From Azolla caroliniana (taxonomy: Eukaryota; Plantae; Polypodiophyta), in NCBI GenBank assembly GCA_043228905.1, contig JBHGNT010000006.1, forward strand, positions 4,836,001 to 4,900,000: 64,000 nt of DNA, given 5' to 3'. A model generated the notes under the pieces. That model ran no database searches and was not told the DNA's origin. It saw only the letters and a list, made by a program, of their open reading frames with translations. This document shows, piece by piece, positions 1 to 14,881 of the stretch; position 1 is the stretch's first letter; each line of letters begins with the position of its first letter. The position numbers and the translations under genes were made by a program.

Positions 1-1348
1 TTTAGTTGTAAATTGTTTTGGCTATGTGCTAGCTATTTCTCAATTTTGGCGAAGTAGATGGATTCTGTTATCCATCCATCCATCTCCAATTGGTTTCATG
101 AGTATTCAAGAAAGAAGATTTCTTCTTAGACTCTTAACCCATTTTATTTGTGTCTTTGTTCCCAGCTTTCATGCACATACACAATACCGTTTCATCTAAT
201 ATTTGTGTATGTTTAACGTCATTCTCGTTAATGGGCAGACTGTCAGAGGGTGATAGACCCAGAACTAATTTCTTCCTTCTAAACACTCTCTACATGTTTT
301 TTTCTCTCTATTCACTTTATTCCAATATGTATTTCATTTGTCTTCTCGCCACTACTCCTCTACTTTAACTGATTATGCTCCAAGGCATATTTATTACCTC
401 TCATAAATGCATTTATTACAATCCTACTATCATTTTTGTATTCAAAGGAATCTGAGTCTCACTAGGAAATACAATTCCCGTTTTGGGTGTTTTTTTTCTA
501 TTGTTGCTAGCCTTTTTGGCACCTCAGTACTGTTCTTAATAATTTTCTCATATGGCATCAGAGTGATAAGGTCTCCATAACCTCACTAATTTATTTTTTC
601 TCCCATCTTTCTTTGAGTGGCCAACAATCTGCGTTACTTTTTGTCCAATTCCATTCTTCCCACTGTTCCAAGGAGGCTCTCCAAATAGCCATATTTAGTG
701 CCAGTTATACTATCATTTAATGTGGAGTAGGCAGCCCTTGTGCACCTAGTCACAAAAAACTGTTTATAGCTTCCAAGGAGGGATTCCATGACTTCCGATG
801 ACACTATTCTATTTTCCACCATCCCTCAACTTGCAAAAGAGTCTATTCTAGATGGAACCAACTATCTACATTGGGAATTGTAGATGATGAGCGTGTTGCA
901 ATACCATTGTTTGGGGAATATTGTTAAAGGGGCCGACCTTAATCCTAAGGCTACTTTTCTTTTTCATTTTCAACACCCACACAAGCTACCATTGAGTCTT
1001 GGTTTGTCAAAGATGGTCGTGCTTATGCTTTCATGATCTTCAACATGAAGCCTCAAGTTGTTACATTCTCACCAAAACAATTCTGTTCGCCAAATCATTT
1101 TATGGACATAGTTTTTGTTTTGATGGTTGATATCGAGACTTGGGATTGAGATATGCAAGTTTAAGAAAAACGAGGTGATCATTGCATTGGAAATCCTTAG
1201 GAAACCTAAGGCTATACACTTTGATAGAAAGAAAGAAAAAGAAATATTAATGTCTTTAAGAGGCCAAAATGATGTGTAGGACCAAAGAGGAGAGAATTTT
1301 AGAGAGTTCTTCTTCAGGAGCAAGGTGAACGAAAGCATTGAAAACAGA

Positions 1349-2626
<1,278 letters not shown>

Positions 2627-4346
2627 AAGTGAAAATCAATATCCAGTACAAAATTTTGAATTTCAGATACCTAAGACATCTTGTAAAATTTCCCTATATA
2701 TATATACTACGAGATTCTGTTTGAATCGTCTTATTATAGTAAAAAGGTTTTCGGCTTTAGCATTGAGTGAGCATTAAGTATCTTGATGGTGGCATTTTCC
2801 ATTTAAGGTAGATTTGCGGTTTGGGTATTTAGTTACTTATCATTGATGTATGTTTCTTTTTTATCCATCTCTCACTCTTATTTGCTTACACTTAAATGAT
2901 TAAGTCTTGACCTTTTGATGATATTCATGTGTCAAAGAACCATGGGATTGTGAATTAGGACATTATCTCATTAGCCATGATAATCAAATATGGATTGCTG
3001 TCTTTGATTGATGCCAAAGAGGCGTACATTTTGTCCAATGTGAAAATGCATATAACTTATAACCAATGCAAACCTTATAAGAAAATGGCGGCTGTTTTGG
3101 GGATAGGAAAATGAATATTATTTATGGTGACAACCTTCTATTTACTTGTGGTCCCTTGTCGCATAACATTTCTTACATTACATTTGCATCAAAAGAATGT
3201 TTTCTTATTTAAATAATTTAGCATGTCATAAGAAAAATCTTTGCTTCCTCCTTGCCATGAATCTTTCAATGTTACTAGTCAATCTATTATCAAGCTCTTG
3301 GTATTGTGGTAAGTTGAATGTATTTGGTTTCTTCAATCTAGATTCATAAACTTTATGGCAAGGATGCATGCATGATATAACTAGGACCCTTAAGTGCCAG
3401 AGTCAAAATCCCTAAACGATCTATGTTACTTTGAACTAAGCTACAAGTGGCGTCTCAGACATACGTTATTTGCTTATTGGAGTGTGCATGGGTATTTTCT
3501 AAAGCTGATTCAAGGAAAAAATAGAATGGTGACAAGTACAATAGTTACTACATCGAAGGTTTCTTGTTTCCCCTTTGTTTTGGGGAGTTGTTTTTCGACG
3601 AACTTTATGTTTACAAGGGTATGGTTGGAGTTGACATCAAAGCTCACTTAAAAGCATAATGATCTTAGACAAGTGAGTACCAAGTGCCAAACCAATTGCA
3701 TAGGGCAACAGTTGTGCACCCATGGGCCATAAGTAGAGGAACCCAAAACTGATAATTAGAATTGCGAAGATAGTTAGGTGGAATAATTATAAAGGATCAA
3801 ACTTATAAGATTTATAACTTTGATGGTGGTTTTGGAGAGCTTCCCATAACTTCATGCATGAATAGGGAACCTATTGACATTTCACAAACACAACATGGAG
3901 GAAAAAGGTAACCAAATTGCAGGGATCAATTTTGTTCAACCTACTACTTTTTATGCCATTTTCTCGTAGATGGCCTATATTGTTTTCATGCAAGTCAAGC
4001 AAAAAAATGGGAAAGAAAACCTATCCAAAACAAGTACCATTGGCCGAGGGAGCAAACAGTTTGGGCCGCCCTCCCCGTATGAAGTGTGTATGATATTTCC
4101 TTGAGATGTTTCTAATCCTTTCATGGGCAAAGAGGAAACTCGAATGTCTGAAGAAGGTGACGAGATCCTGTGGACACCAAGCAATACTACGAGAGAGCAA
4201 AAGACAAGGGCCGAGAAGGTGAGGCCGGGAAGTATTATCTGAATAATTAGTCTCTCTTCATGTAGCCAGAATTCGAAGCCATTTCTATTACACACATATA
4301 AATGTCAACAGTGCGTGTGAAACCTCAGAGTCGGTTCTCACACACA

Positions 4347-4351
<5 letters not shown>

Positions 4352-4390
<39 letters not shown>
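4352..4390. repeat. (CT)n microsatellite upstream of the PAM16 start codon
   Basis: Perfect CT dinucleotide run seen directly. Confidence 0.95.
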
Positions 4391-4391
<1 letters not shown>

Positions 4392-4450
4392 GGAGATTTG
4401 TCCTCTGCAAGAATAAAAGCAAGGCTTTTCACCAGCAGATTTCAGCTTCC

Positions 4451-5984
4451 ATGGTAAGCCCTGTTTCTGCCTCCTTTTTGAGAGATAGGAAGGAAAGAAG
4501 AGCCAATTTGATCCGTAGTTGGAGATGGCTGTCGTGACTTTTTAATCAGTTCTCGTGTGCTTTTATAGTTCGACACTGTAGTTTAGGAGAAATGGTATAT
4601 GGTGTAGCAAAGATGTATTAGGAATTTGAACCCAAGATCTTGTGATGGATATCTCCAATAGGTTACCACTAGGGTTACTCCATTAGAGACAGGGAGGGTG
4701 AGTGGTAGACTTGTTTGATTCTCGAATTGGTCGTTGATACGTTTTGTTCCAAATATAAGTTTTGCTTTGATTCTAATCGTTGGATATTCTAGCACTTTTT
4801 TTTGCCAGTAAGGGATTTTTCTTATTACAATAAAGGCAAAACAACACGAAAATAAGAGGAAGAACTCACATAATTGGGGGGCTATGTTTACCTAAACTTT
4901 TTACGTGTGAATGAAGACTATATAAGATCACTTTGTATATTTGCTTGAGAAGGATTTTCGTATATGATATTTTTTGACTTTTAATCATAAGTTCTATGAC
5001 CACATTTAGAGAGGTAATGATGACAAAGCTATTCAACTGGAAATTATGAAAGAAATAACTTTGGATTTTGAGGACCAACACGATGGATGACAATGCTATG
5101 TAGCACAATTCCTCTATTTACATTAGGGATACAGAGGTCGGAACATTCTTGAAGATAATGTAACTGGTGACATTATTATTGAAAAGTCTAGGTGCAAACT
5201 AAGCCTTACAATTCACTTGTTTTTAGATATGCTCCTCTGTCTTCTGGTATATAATGATGTCTCTTTGTCGTTCCGTTGAAATGAAATACTAACTGTCCTG
5301 AAAGATATCAATGATGCAGGCTGGCAAAATTATTGCAAATTTAATCGTCTTGGGATCAGGAGTGCTTCTAAGAGCCTTTTCGCAAGCCTATAGGCAAGCA
5401 ATTGCCAGTAAGTAAGAATCACACATTATATATATTTTATGTTCGAGAGTTATATAAAGAATTTGCAGATTTGTTCCATGAAAATCTCTAAATCTCATTA
5501 TAAAAGATCACATTATTGATCACTTGTCTATTTGCAATTTTTTTAACCATTCAAGATGCATCAAAGACTGGTGTGGCACAAGAAACATTGCAAAATTTAG
5601 GAGCTAAGTCAAGCAAGGTGATGACAGAGCAGGAAGCCAGAATGATTTTGGGAATCAATGAAAATACTTCAGTTGAGGAAATGTTACAGGTAATTAGAAG
5701 CAATAATAAATTTGGGTACTTCAGTGGAAGAAATGTTACAGGAATTAGATTCTAGTAATGAGATTAGTTTCGTTGTGTTTAGGTTTTAGAAGAGATGGGC
5801 TATGTATTGTTTTATCTTTTGCTAAATGCTTGAATCTTTATTGTTCAAATTTGCATTCCAGAGGTATGAAAACTTGTTTGAGAGGAATGCAAAATCTGGC
5901 AGTTTCTATTTGCAATCAAAAGTGCAAAGGGCAAAGGAGTGCTTAGACACTGCCTATCGATTGAAAGAAAGCCAGAAAACCTAA
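4451..5984 (+). CDS. PAM16: Mitochondrial import motor subunit PAM16/TIM16-like, 4 exons: 4451-4453 (ATG only), 5320-5407, 5556-5689, 5862-5984
   Basis: The spliced product reads MAGKIIANLIVLGSGVLLRAFSQAYRQAIANASKTGVAQE...MTEQEARMILGI...YENLFERNAKSGSFYLQSKVQRAKECLD, the PAM16 signature. GT-AG sites are in frame. Confidence 0.9.
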
Positions 5985-7829
5985 TCTAATGGAATTTGTT
6001 TTATTGGAAGATCAATTTTTACAATCAATGGATCAATTTAAAGTCCAATTTAATAATATGAAGTACAACATCAAGTGATGAGTCTTAATGAGGATGGAAT
6101 CTGCATGTTTCTGGTTAAATGAGAAATGGATCGGTGATAACCCCACCTTAAATGGCAGTTGCAAGAGAGGATTTGGCAGTCTTGACTCAAATTTTGCCTG
6201 GAAGTGATATGGTATAAACCATTGTATTTTGTATAGTACCTATTTGTGAAGATAATTCTCTTAGAGATAACCTTTTCCATGAGTTTAGCTGAGCTACAAT
6301 GAAATAAATCCCTTGTTTGGGTGTTAATTTGATTGTTTGGGTCACTATACAACTCTTGTGTCCAGAAGAAAGAAGAGTGTTTTCTGGTTGAATCAGCTAA
6401 ACGCGGCATGGAATATGATGTAATTAGGTTTATTTAATGTTTTATTATTGTGTATGTGTTGCTTTTTGTCTTATATGTTATATAATTTAAGTTGTCAATA
6501 TACACTTAGATATGGTTATTGACAACTTAAATTAACTGAATGACAACTGTAATCGATAACCAAGATTAAAGAGGTATAGGTATTAGAAAGGGGACTAATT
6601 CATATTTTCATATTCCAGCTCATAGATACATTAACCTATTTATTCTAACAAGCAAAAGAGCTTGTTATGGTATGATGAAGGATTGTAGATTCTGCATTAT
6701 AAAAGAATTGCCTTTTGTTCTTGGGAGTAATAAAGTTTCCCATTATACAGAAATCCATTGTGTGGCATCTGATGTTTTGATTCAGTCCTTTTACAGAATC
6801 TTTGGTTAATACAAAGAAGCAAGCATCCATACCAGTCACCTGATTAAGAAATATTGGCTTTGGCCAGATTCTTCACATTGGTCATATAAAAAAAGGCAAA
6901 GTTGAAATCTAGAAATCTATGGGATATAGATTAGTTTAAATCTTTCAGAGAACCATGGTAATCATTCCCTTTCTTCTAACTTCCATCTGACCAGTAAGAA
7001 CTGCAACACTTGATTGGATTTCAGCAGTATCAAAGTAATAAAGCTTGAAATAATGTTATTTGTATTGATTCAAGTGAGAAAAAAACTTCCATAATCAATA
7101 ATGCTTTTGTAATATATACTTCAACATCTATCTGATACTTTGGGTGCAAGGTCTTAACATTTCTATCAAAATATTCATGATACTCACAAAATTGACTCTT
7201 AACTTCACAATTTCTCCTTCAATGATAGCCATGAGACAAAAGCCTTGAAATCAACCACCAAATCTTGGAAACCCAATTGACCGCAGAATCAATTCTCAAT
7301 AGTTGTTTTCTTCATTCCATTTTAAAGAGAACATGCAAGTGAACAGGGTTACCACAATGAGGGTAGAGACTACGAAGTATATCCATCATACCATCATTGC
7401 CCCAAGTAAACTGCTGCTTTTTTCTTTTGTATTATGTCTCGAATCTCTCATTATTATGTGCTAATATAATGTTATATTGCAATTACCACGCACATGAACA
7501 TCAGCCAATTAACCCTTTTGACGAACTATTTTGCATGTGATACACCTGGAACCTATCAAATTCTGTGAACATGCGTCATAAAGAGAACCAAAGAAAACAT
7601 TCAGGCATCAGATTTGCAAATATAACCAGGGAGTATGTGCATCACCTTGCCTCACTATTGGAGTATGTGTATCACCTTGCCTTGGTATTGGAAAAAGTTC
7701 ATACACATTCACTTGCGGCACTTTACATGAAAGTTTTAATGCATCTTTAAGCTCTGATGGTTCTATGCATGTTTAACAAGGGAGCTAGGTTTTTACTGTA
7801 TCTAAACTCATATTATGCACTTGACACGA

Positions 7830-9543
7830 TCATTTCAAAACTTCCTTATGCTCATCATATGCCTCATATGAAGAACACGCTTCTATAGAGCTCAAACCCA
7901 GATGATCCAGTTTACATACAAGCTTTGAGGCCTCCTCTTGATCTCCAAATTCTTTGTACATGGCAATCATAGAAGCCCACAAAGAAGCAGGTGGTGAAAA
8001 GATATTGTCAAATAGAGAATGGGCATCAGCTAAACTGCCACATCTTATATACATCTGAACAAGTTCGTTTAATATGCAAACATCCAATTCAGAGAAACTT
8101 TCAATGATACACGTGTGAAGCAATTTCCCATATTCAAGATCTGCAATATTCCCACATGCATTAAGGGCAATAATCCACAACGTCGTGGTTGGTTCAATTC
8201 CATATCTCCATCGCATATGCTGGAAGGCTTTGAGAGCCTCCCGGAAACGCCCATTTTGAACATAACCAGAAAGCATGAGAGTCCATACAACAGTATCCTT
8301 AGGAAAAACTCCATGAAAAACTTTCCGAGCCTCTTTAATACTCCCACATTTGATATACATCTCTATTAGTGCACCCCCAACATATTTGTTCTTCTCTAAG
8401 CGTCTCTTCATGGCATGCTCATGGATTCGTTTTCCATCATCAAGAGCTTCAGGACCACTGCATGCTTTGAGAAGTCGGACATATGTGATCTTGTTTGGTT
8501 TCACTCGCCTCTTCAACATAGTGAAAAACAGTTTGATGGCTTCTTTCACATGACCAAGTTGGATATATGCATCAATCATGAGTGTCCATGTTACCACATC
8601 TCGAGATGTGGCCATAGCATCAAATATTACCCTAGCTTCTCTCAGACATCCACATTTGGTATACATGCTGAGCAAATTGTTCATGAGAAACACATCTGCC
8701 TTCATATCACTAGTACAGAGAAGAGCATGTATTTTCTTGCCTTCATCAAGAGCTTTCATTTTGGCACATTCTTGTAAAAGAAAGGCATAGTTCTTAGGAA
8801 TCAGATTCAAGCCTCCTTTGTGAACAAGTTCAAAAAAAGAAACTGCATCTTCAATACGACCTGACTCGCACATCTTTCGCAAATCATCATCCACATCATA
8901 TGGCATTTTCTTCATCTCTAAAGTTTTTGGCGTAATACTCCTACAAATATGTAGAAATTACATAAGCTATCAAAATCATGAATTGAGAGGGCTATGCCTG
9001 AAACATAATATATTTATTGCGTTTTAGAGAAGGCAAGATAAATTTGCAGGGTTTTGCGTAACATAGAATTGCTGACTGTTCCCTCGGATATAATGCTACG
9101 GTTTTGACTTACTAACTATTTCCTTCAATATTGCGATTTTGAATTACTGACTGCTTCTTGTGATACACACACACACACATACACATATATACACGGTTTT
9201 GAAAACAAACACTATGGTTTTGTATACCTTTAGGGTCTCGGATTACAGATAGTTTCTTAAGGTACACTTGAAGGGTTTCAATTATTGATTGATTGAAAAT
9301 TTAGGTGTTTTAGAGAACAGAGGATCAATGGATGTTTCAATAATATTTAAGGTTATGCAGACTAAAGAATACCTTACATTGAAAAAGTAGGGAGACTTGC
9401 CTGTTGGTTGCATACTGAGATTTGATACTCTTAGGGTTTGCTGAAAAGCAGAATGTCAATGGCAGGTTGTATGGCGTTCTGAATGAGAGAGCTCTGAGCT
9501 GAAATGAGGGAAAGGCAGAATTGAAGGGTTTGTTGAAATCCAT
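7830..9543 (-). CDS. Pentatricopeptide repeat protein (PLS-like, no E/DYW domain). Main exon 8940-7830; probable transit-peptide exon 9543-9401
   Basis: Repeated PPR motifs (NNLLSMYTKCGCLREARVIFDAM, DVVTWTLMIDAY, ALIEMYIKCGSIKEARKVF). An upstream ATG ORF rich in S/F/R joins in frame through an AG|GCAAGT donor; this first exon is inferred. Confidence 0.85.
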
Positions 9544-9634
9544 CGAGAGAGAATTAAGGATAACAGAAGGAAGTATAAAGGATGTGGGATTCTGATGGAT
9601 TTTATAGGATTCTGGAATTTAATCGCTATCTATG

Positions 9635-9716
9635 GTCGCTTTGGCCGAGTGGTTAAGGCGTGTGCCTGCTAAGTACATGGGGTTTCCCCGCGAGAGTTCG
9701 AATCTCTCAGGCGACG
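9635..9716 (+). tRNA. tRNA-Ser (anticodon GCT)
   Basis: 82-nt cloverleaf GTCGCTT...AGGCGACG with A box TGGCCGAGTGG, anticodon loop CTGCTAA, long variable arm and B box GTTCGAATC. T-runs follow about 20 nt downstream. Confidence 0.96.
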
Positions 9717-10764
9717 CGACCGGATTAAGAAGATTTTTGCTTTTTTGAAGAGAAAAGGTAAATTTCCACCCACTTTTCCATACTCAGGATTTCCTTCTAA
9801 GGTTTACATACAAAATATGTATAATGTATATAATTAAAAGAAGGTTGTGAGGCTCAATGCTGCGGAAATGACTGATTGGTTGAGCAATGTATCAGTACAT
9901 ATCATATTATTGTGTAACTCTATATGTAGGAAATTTTCACCAAATCTGAAAGTCTCGAATCCATCCCATGAAAATGACATTGCAAATGTACATTTCTGGT
10001 TTAAGCGTTTGTTTCTAGTACATTTACTAGGAAATCCGAAAATGTGTACCACGTGGGAGGAATTTCATTCAGATTGATAGCTTTTCTTCACATTGCCCAT
10101 ATTGGCTGTATGGGTTTTTAAGGAAAGACTGTAGCTACTTTTTTTTTCCATCATGGATGAATAGTTCAAATTGGATCAAAGTTTTTGGGGATAAAATCTG
10201 CTAGAAGCTGTGTCAAGGTAAAGATGATAAAACGTCGTGGTATTATATATCAATACCAGGATATCTTGATCAATAAGAGACCAATGTCTATGCATTCAAC
10301 AGCAAAAAAATACCCGCTTGGAAGTTCCGGTCAATCCGCCAAATCCAAACCATCTTTGTCAATAAGATTCCCACTGAATCCATGTTTCAGATGGATCTAT
10401 CAAATTCTCTACCAATCGTGAATGCATGTTTTCCAGACAAACTTGTCACTCCAAATAAGAGAATTAAACAAAGGCCAATGCTTTTAAAAAAAAATTTAAA
10501 AAATACATAACTGACATGCCATGGATATGTATAAATTGAGTCTTGTCTCTCTCAGTCACACAATTGCCCAAAACAACACAATGTCCAAGAGAAATGGTGT
10601 GCTCATTCACACAAAAAATCCGGCCACATGTTTCAGCTCGCCGCTCTGTACATATAAAAAGCAAATGAAAACATACATCAAACGAAATTCCTACATACTC
10701 AAGGAAATTGAGTAAATCAAAATTTAGTTAGATAAGCCCTGCTAAAGTCAGGATAACATCCGTG

Positions 10765-10846
10765 GTCGCTTTGGCCGAGTGGTTAAGGCGTGTGCCTGCT
10801 AAGTACATGGGGTCTCCCCGCGAGAGTTCGAATCTCTCAGGCGACG
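10765..10846 (+). tRNA. tRNA-Ser (anticodon GCT), second copy
   Basis: Identical to 9635-9716 except for one base in the variable loop, and followed by a TTTTTT terminator at about 10863. Confidence 0.96.
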
Positions 10847-12292
10847 TGACCGGTTCTAATCCTTTTTGCATTCATTAATGAAGCTCCATTATTGGTAAAT
10901 TATATTCATTATAAATTCTATCCCCACCACCTTTCACTACTTTCTCAAAGTTTATTATTTGTGTTTACATCGTGGAAGCTCTTCTTGTTAATACTTACTT
11001 CCCCCACTATCCAACAAATGCTTCATTTCAACACTTTTTCTCTCCTTTTCTTTTAAACTGTGTGGGTGCCAATGACGTTGTGGTAATAATAAAAAGTATC
11101 ACCCAAGAGGGTGTCGTGATATTAAACAAGGACGCATAAACTTATGATCGTGATCAAATTTTCAAAGGTACATGGTGCGATGATGATCTAACATCCAAGT
11201 TTTGAGCATGGGCCAATGTGTGGGTAGGAAATACAAGACAAACCACATGATGCAACAATTGAACATTAATGTGATCGACGAAAAATTAGTGCACGGGTAA
11301 ACTATCTAGTGTAAGTTTTAAGTTGGACCAAGTGAAAGACTCGAAACTCAAAATCACAAGCTAGGAGCATATATCCAAGAGTCATAATATGAATGAAGCC
11401 AAACATAGTCTTTTGTTGTGTTTTTCTTTGAGTTGGGGCAAAAGTAGTTTGACTAACCCACTAACCTTTTTAAGCCTTGGGGTGGTCAGGATTCTAACCA
11501 TTACTAAAGGTTGAAAACTCTTAGGAGAGGTAGATAGATGCTTTTGTCCATAAGCTTAGAGTGAATTTCGGTCTCACCTCGCTACCTTTGTAGAAAGGAA
11601 GTTTGAGGAAGGCCCAAGGTAATGAAACAATGTCTACGACTTGAATGTGATTGATATCCCCAAAAGGGGGTGGGTACATATGCATAGACGAATGTATGTG
11701 TCTATCTATATGTGAGACTTGCATCTTCGGTGTTGCGCCAACGGGGCATTAGTGGAGGGATAGGTAGCCTCTAGTCGCAGACGAGACAAGCATTGGAGTC
11801 CAACTCGTGCCGAGTACATGGAAGGAAGAGGCTATGCGATTGGGTGGGCGGACACGAGAGAGATTTCTGAAGGTCCGAGGTTTTATATACCGTGTGGATG
11901 GACGGACGGATAGGATGGGCGGGCGGGCGGGTCAGGGAATGGATTAGAGATGATTGATACATGTGATATGCAGGTGGTGGGAAGTGATATTGATTTGATT
12001 TGTGGGAGGGAGGGAAACATGCAGGGGGGGAAGGGAGACAGAGCATGAGCATGGCCATGGCCATGGCGATGGTGGAGGAGAACCACACCTTTAAATGCAT
12101 CGCTAAATATAAATTGGGGATGTGCAGAAAAGCCAAAGGTTTCGGACACAAGCTTTTGCTTTCGCTTTCATGCAAAAAAAAGAAAGAAAAGGAACCCTTT
12201 ATACTTACATACAAACACATACACACACAACAACCAACCAGTCTAGAAAAACAGAGGCTGCCTGTGTTCTCTCTCTTTCTCTCTCTGCTACC

Positions 12293-13423
12293 ATGGTGGC
12301 CTCCCCTTCACCTAGGCAGCATGGATTCTTCCTTTGTAGGAGATTTGAGCTTCTGTTGTTGCTCCTTGCCTTCCATGCAATTCCAAGCTCCATGGCTCAA
12401 CCCGGCCACAACAACAACAACCAATTTGGCATCTCCAATGCAAATTTCACAGCCCTGTTGCAAGACTTGAGAAGCAATGGCTTCTTAACCACTGCCACAC
12501 TCCTCCCTTTCCTTACCATCTCCCTCCTCACACCCCCCATGACCCTCCTCATCCCTTCGGACGCGGCCCTCGCCAACAACCTCTCGTCCATCGCGCCCAT
12601 CAACTACGCGTCCATCGTCCGTTACCACATATTGCGAGGGAACTTCAGCTTCGAGAGGCTGCGAGCCCTCCCCGTGGGCACCTCCATCCCCACCTTCCTC
12701 GCCGCCTCCTCGGGTGTCCAAGTCACCACCAACACGGCTATCCGCTACTCGTTGAATGGCGTGGACATTGTCAAGCCTGATGTATGTGGCCGTATCGTGG
12801 CAGCTGCCGGGATAGCATGCCATGGCATCGGGGGAATCCTCGTACCAGAGTCGAATCCATCTCCCCCACCATCACCATCACCAAGCCCCATGTTTGCACC
12901 AGTGTCAACACCTTCGGAACCAGCCTTCGCCCCATCTCCGGCCCCAAGTACTACTAATCCCATGCCCACGACTCTCCCCCCGAGTACAACTCCCGACTCG
13001 AATGCACAGCCACCTCTCATTTCCCCATCCCCTTCATTGACATCGGGCTCTATTGCTCCAGCTCTGGGTCCGGATACTTCCTCGCCTTCGGTTGCCGAAT
13101 CACCAACCTTGCAAATAGCAGCCTCGCCAGAGATGGCTCCCACTTCATCGATTTCCGGTGCCCCAGAAGCCCTCCCCTCTTCATCTCCAGCACAACAATT
13201 AGCCAATTCCCCCGAGGCCCCTCCTTCATCGACGGCTCCTCCACCTACTGCTTCATTTACCGCGTCTCCTCCGGCTCCGACTACTGGATCTTCTTCTACT
13301 GTGGGTTCTCCAGAATCATCAATTTCAACACCGAAATTAGATAGTGCAGCTTGTTGCTGGGGAGGTTTAAATATCTATAGCTACACCACCGTTCTGATTC
13401 TCTCCTTCATGATTGTTATGTAG
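12293..13423 (+). CDS. Fasciclin-like arabinogalactan protein (signal peptide, FAS1 domain, Pro/Ala/Ser/Thr-rich region, probable GPI signal), single exon
   Basis: Hydrophobic N-terminus; FAS1 motifs TLLIPSDAAL, IVRYHIL and ACHGIGGILVP; AP/SP/TP-rich tail; hydrophobic C-terminus. The first ATG of the 12122-13423 ORF is at 12293. Confidence 0.88.
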   Translation: MVASPSPRQHGFFLCRRFELLLLLLAFHAIPSSMAQPGHNNNNQFGISNANFTALLQDLRSNGFLTTATLLPFLTISLLTPPMTLLIPSDAALANNLSSIAPINYASIVRYHILRGNFSFERLRALPVGTSIPTFLAASSGVQVTTNTAIRYSLNGVDIVKPDVCGRIVAAAGIACHGIGGILVPESNPSPPPSPSPSPMFAPVSTPSEPAFAPSPAPSTTNPMPTTLPPSTTPDSNAQPPLISPSPSLTSGSIAPALGPDTSSPSVAESPTLQIAASPEMAPTSSISGAPEALPSSSPAQQLANSPEAPPSSTAPPPTASFTASPPAPTTGSSSTVGSPESSISTPKLDSAACCWGGLNIYSYTTVLILSFMIVM

Positions 13424-13458
13424 AGTAAAAAAACACTTATGTCTACCAGCCTTATGTA

Positions 13459-13900
13459 ATGATTGATTCTTAGTTCTTTACGTTAGAGACAATGATCACA
13501 TAGTTGCTTCTCCGACAAATATTCTATTTTAATGATTGATTTTTAGTTTTATAAGTTAGAGACAATGATCACATAGTTGCTTCTCCCACAAATATTTTAT
13601 TTTTAGACTTCCATCTGTTCTTGAATACTTATTTGATTGATCAATAAGAGGATTCAGATTCTAGTTTATTTGTAATCTTGACCTTATCCATAATGTTGAG
13701 ATTCTACATTTGATCAAGTATCCTATTAATGCTTTGTTATGCCCTTGAATCTTTTGACTCAATTATTTTTCATACATCATCCATCATATGGTATGTTGAG
13801 ATTCTGCATTTGATTTTAAGTATCCTACTAAGACTTTGTTATGCCCTTGAATCTTTTGACTAAACTATTTTTTATACATCATACATCATATGGTATGTTG
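13459..13900. repeat. Two local tandem duplications (about 72 bp x2 and about 100 bp x2) downstream of the FLA gene
   Basis: aatgattgatt...gttagagacaatgatcacatagttgcttctcc occurs twice; gttgagattct...gcccttgaatcttttgact...catcatatggtatgttg occurs twice. Confidence 0.8.
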
Positions 13901-14881
13901 CATAGGATGAATACTCTATTTACCCAGTAAATGTGCTACCTATTTCATATTGATTTGTTCGCTCCCATTGGGATGTGAAATCAGCTCATGAAAGTTGTTT
14001 ACGCTCTATACTTCAAAGTTTGGATAGTAAGGTATCTAACGATGAAATGTTCAATACTTTAGTTTTTATAATCTGTTGGAACCAAACACCGATGTCAAAC
14101 AAGCAAACAATTTTAAAGCTCCAAATTCTAAAAGGAAAGTATCATACAGTAGTGTTTGGAAAAAGGAAACATGAAGCAAAGCAAACAATTCACATGAATC
14201 TCATCATTGTTGCTACTGTAGAACGGTAAATTACATAGTTTGGAGAAAGGACATTAGTGTCCATAATCATCAACATGGTAATGAGGTAAAAAGAATCTCA
14301 TATTCCTATTATTTTCTCACAAGTGTACATTTTATTTATCCTTCAAATGTCTAAAATTATGGACAAACCCCAGCCTTTCAGCAGAACTCAGGGAAGATTC
14401 AGGGGGATTATACTCATTTCATCACCACAAGGCACTTAAACTTCACAAACAAATTGCAAGTTTTTTGTTGCCCACAACGGGATTTCTAAAAACATGCAGT
14501 TTCCATACAGTTAAAGACACCCTTCCCCTTACGTTGGGTATATCTTATCTACTCAAAAACATGGAACCTTTCTTAACCAATAATGATTTTAGAGAACCTC
14601 AGTGATAGCTGAAACCCTCCCTGTTGTAATTAACCTGTTTGTGTCGGTACTGGTTTTAACACACTTTTTGTATACATCTTCCTTCCATGCGTCCATGGAT
14701 ATAAAGGTTTAGGTCATGCCTTCACAAAGGAGGATGGATCCCAAGACCAACAATCTGAGGCTCAGATGTCTATTGGAGATTCAACTGGCATTTGAGAGCA
14801 TCCTGTTGATCACAACATATCATTGAATGCCTCCTAAAATAACATTGCTTGAAGAAAAACTGAAATTAGGTTACCATACTC

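Noticed and set aside
1-1070. Short ORFs and possible retroelement debris
   Set aside because: No diagnostic motifs recognised.
6600-7350. Possible L1-like remnant (minus-strand GQLGFQDL)
   Set aside because: Only one weak motif; cannot be supported without a search.
11771-13244. Several overlapping or antisense ORFs of 60-156 aa around the FLA gene
   Set aside because: Explained by GC-rich, low-complexity coding sequence on the opposite strand or in other frames; no recognisable motifs.
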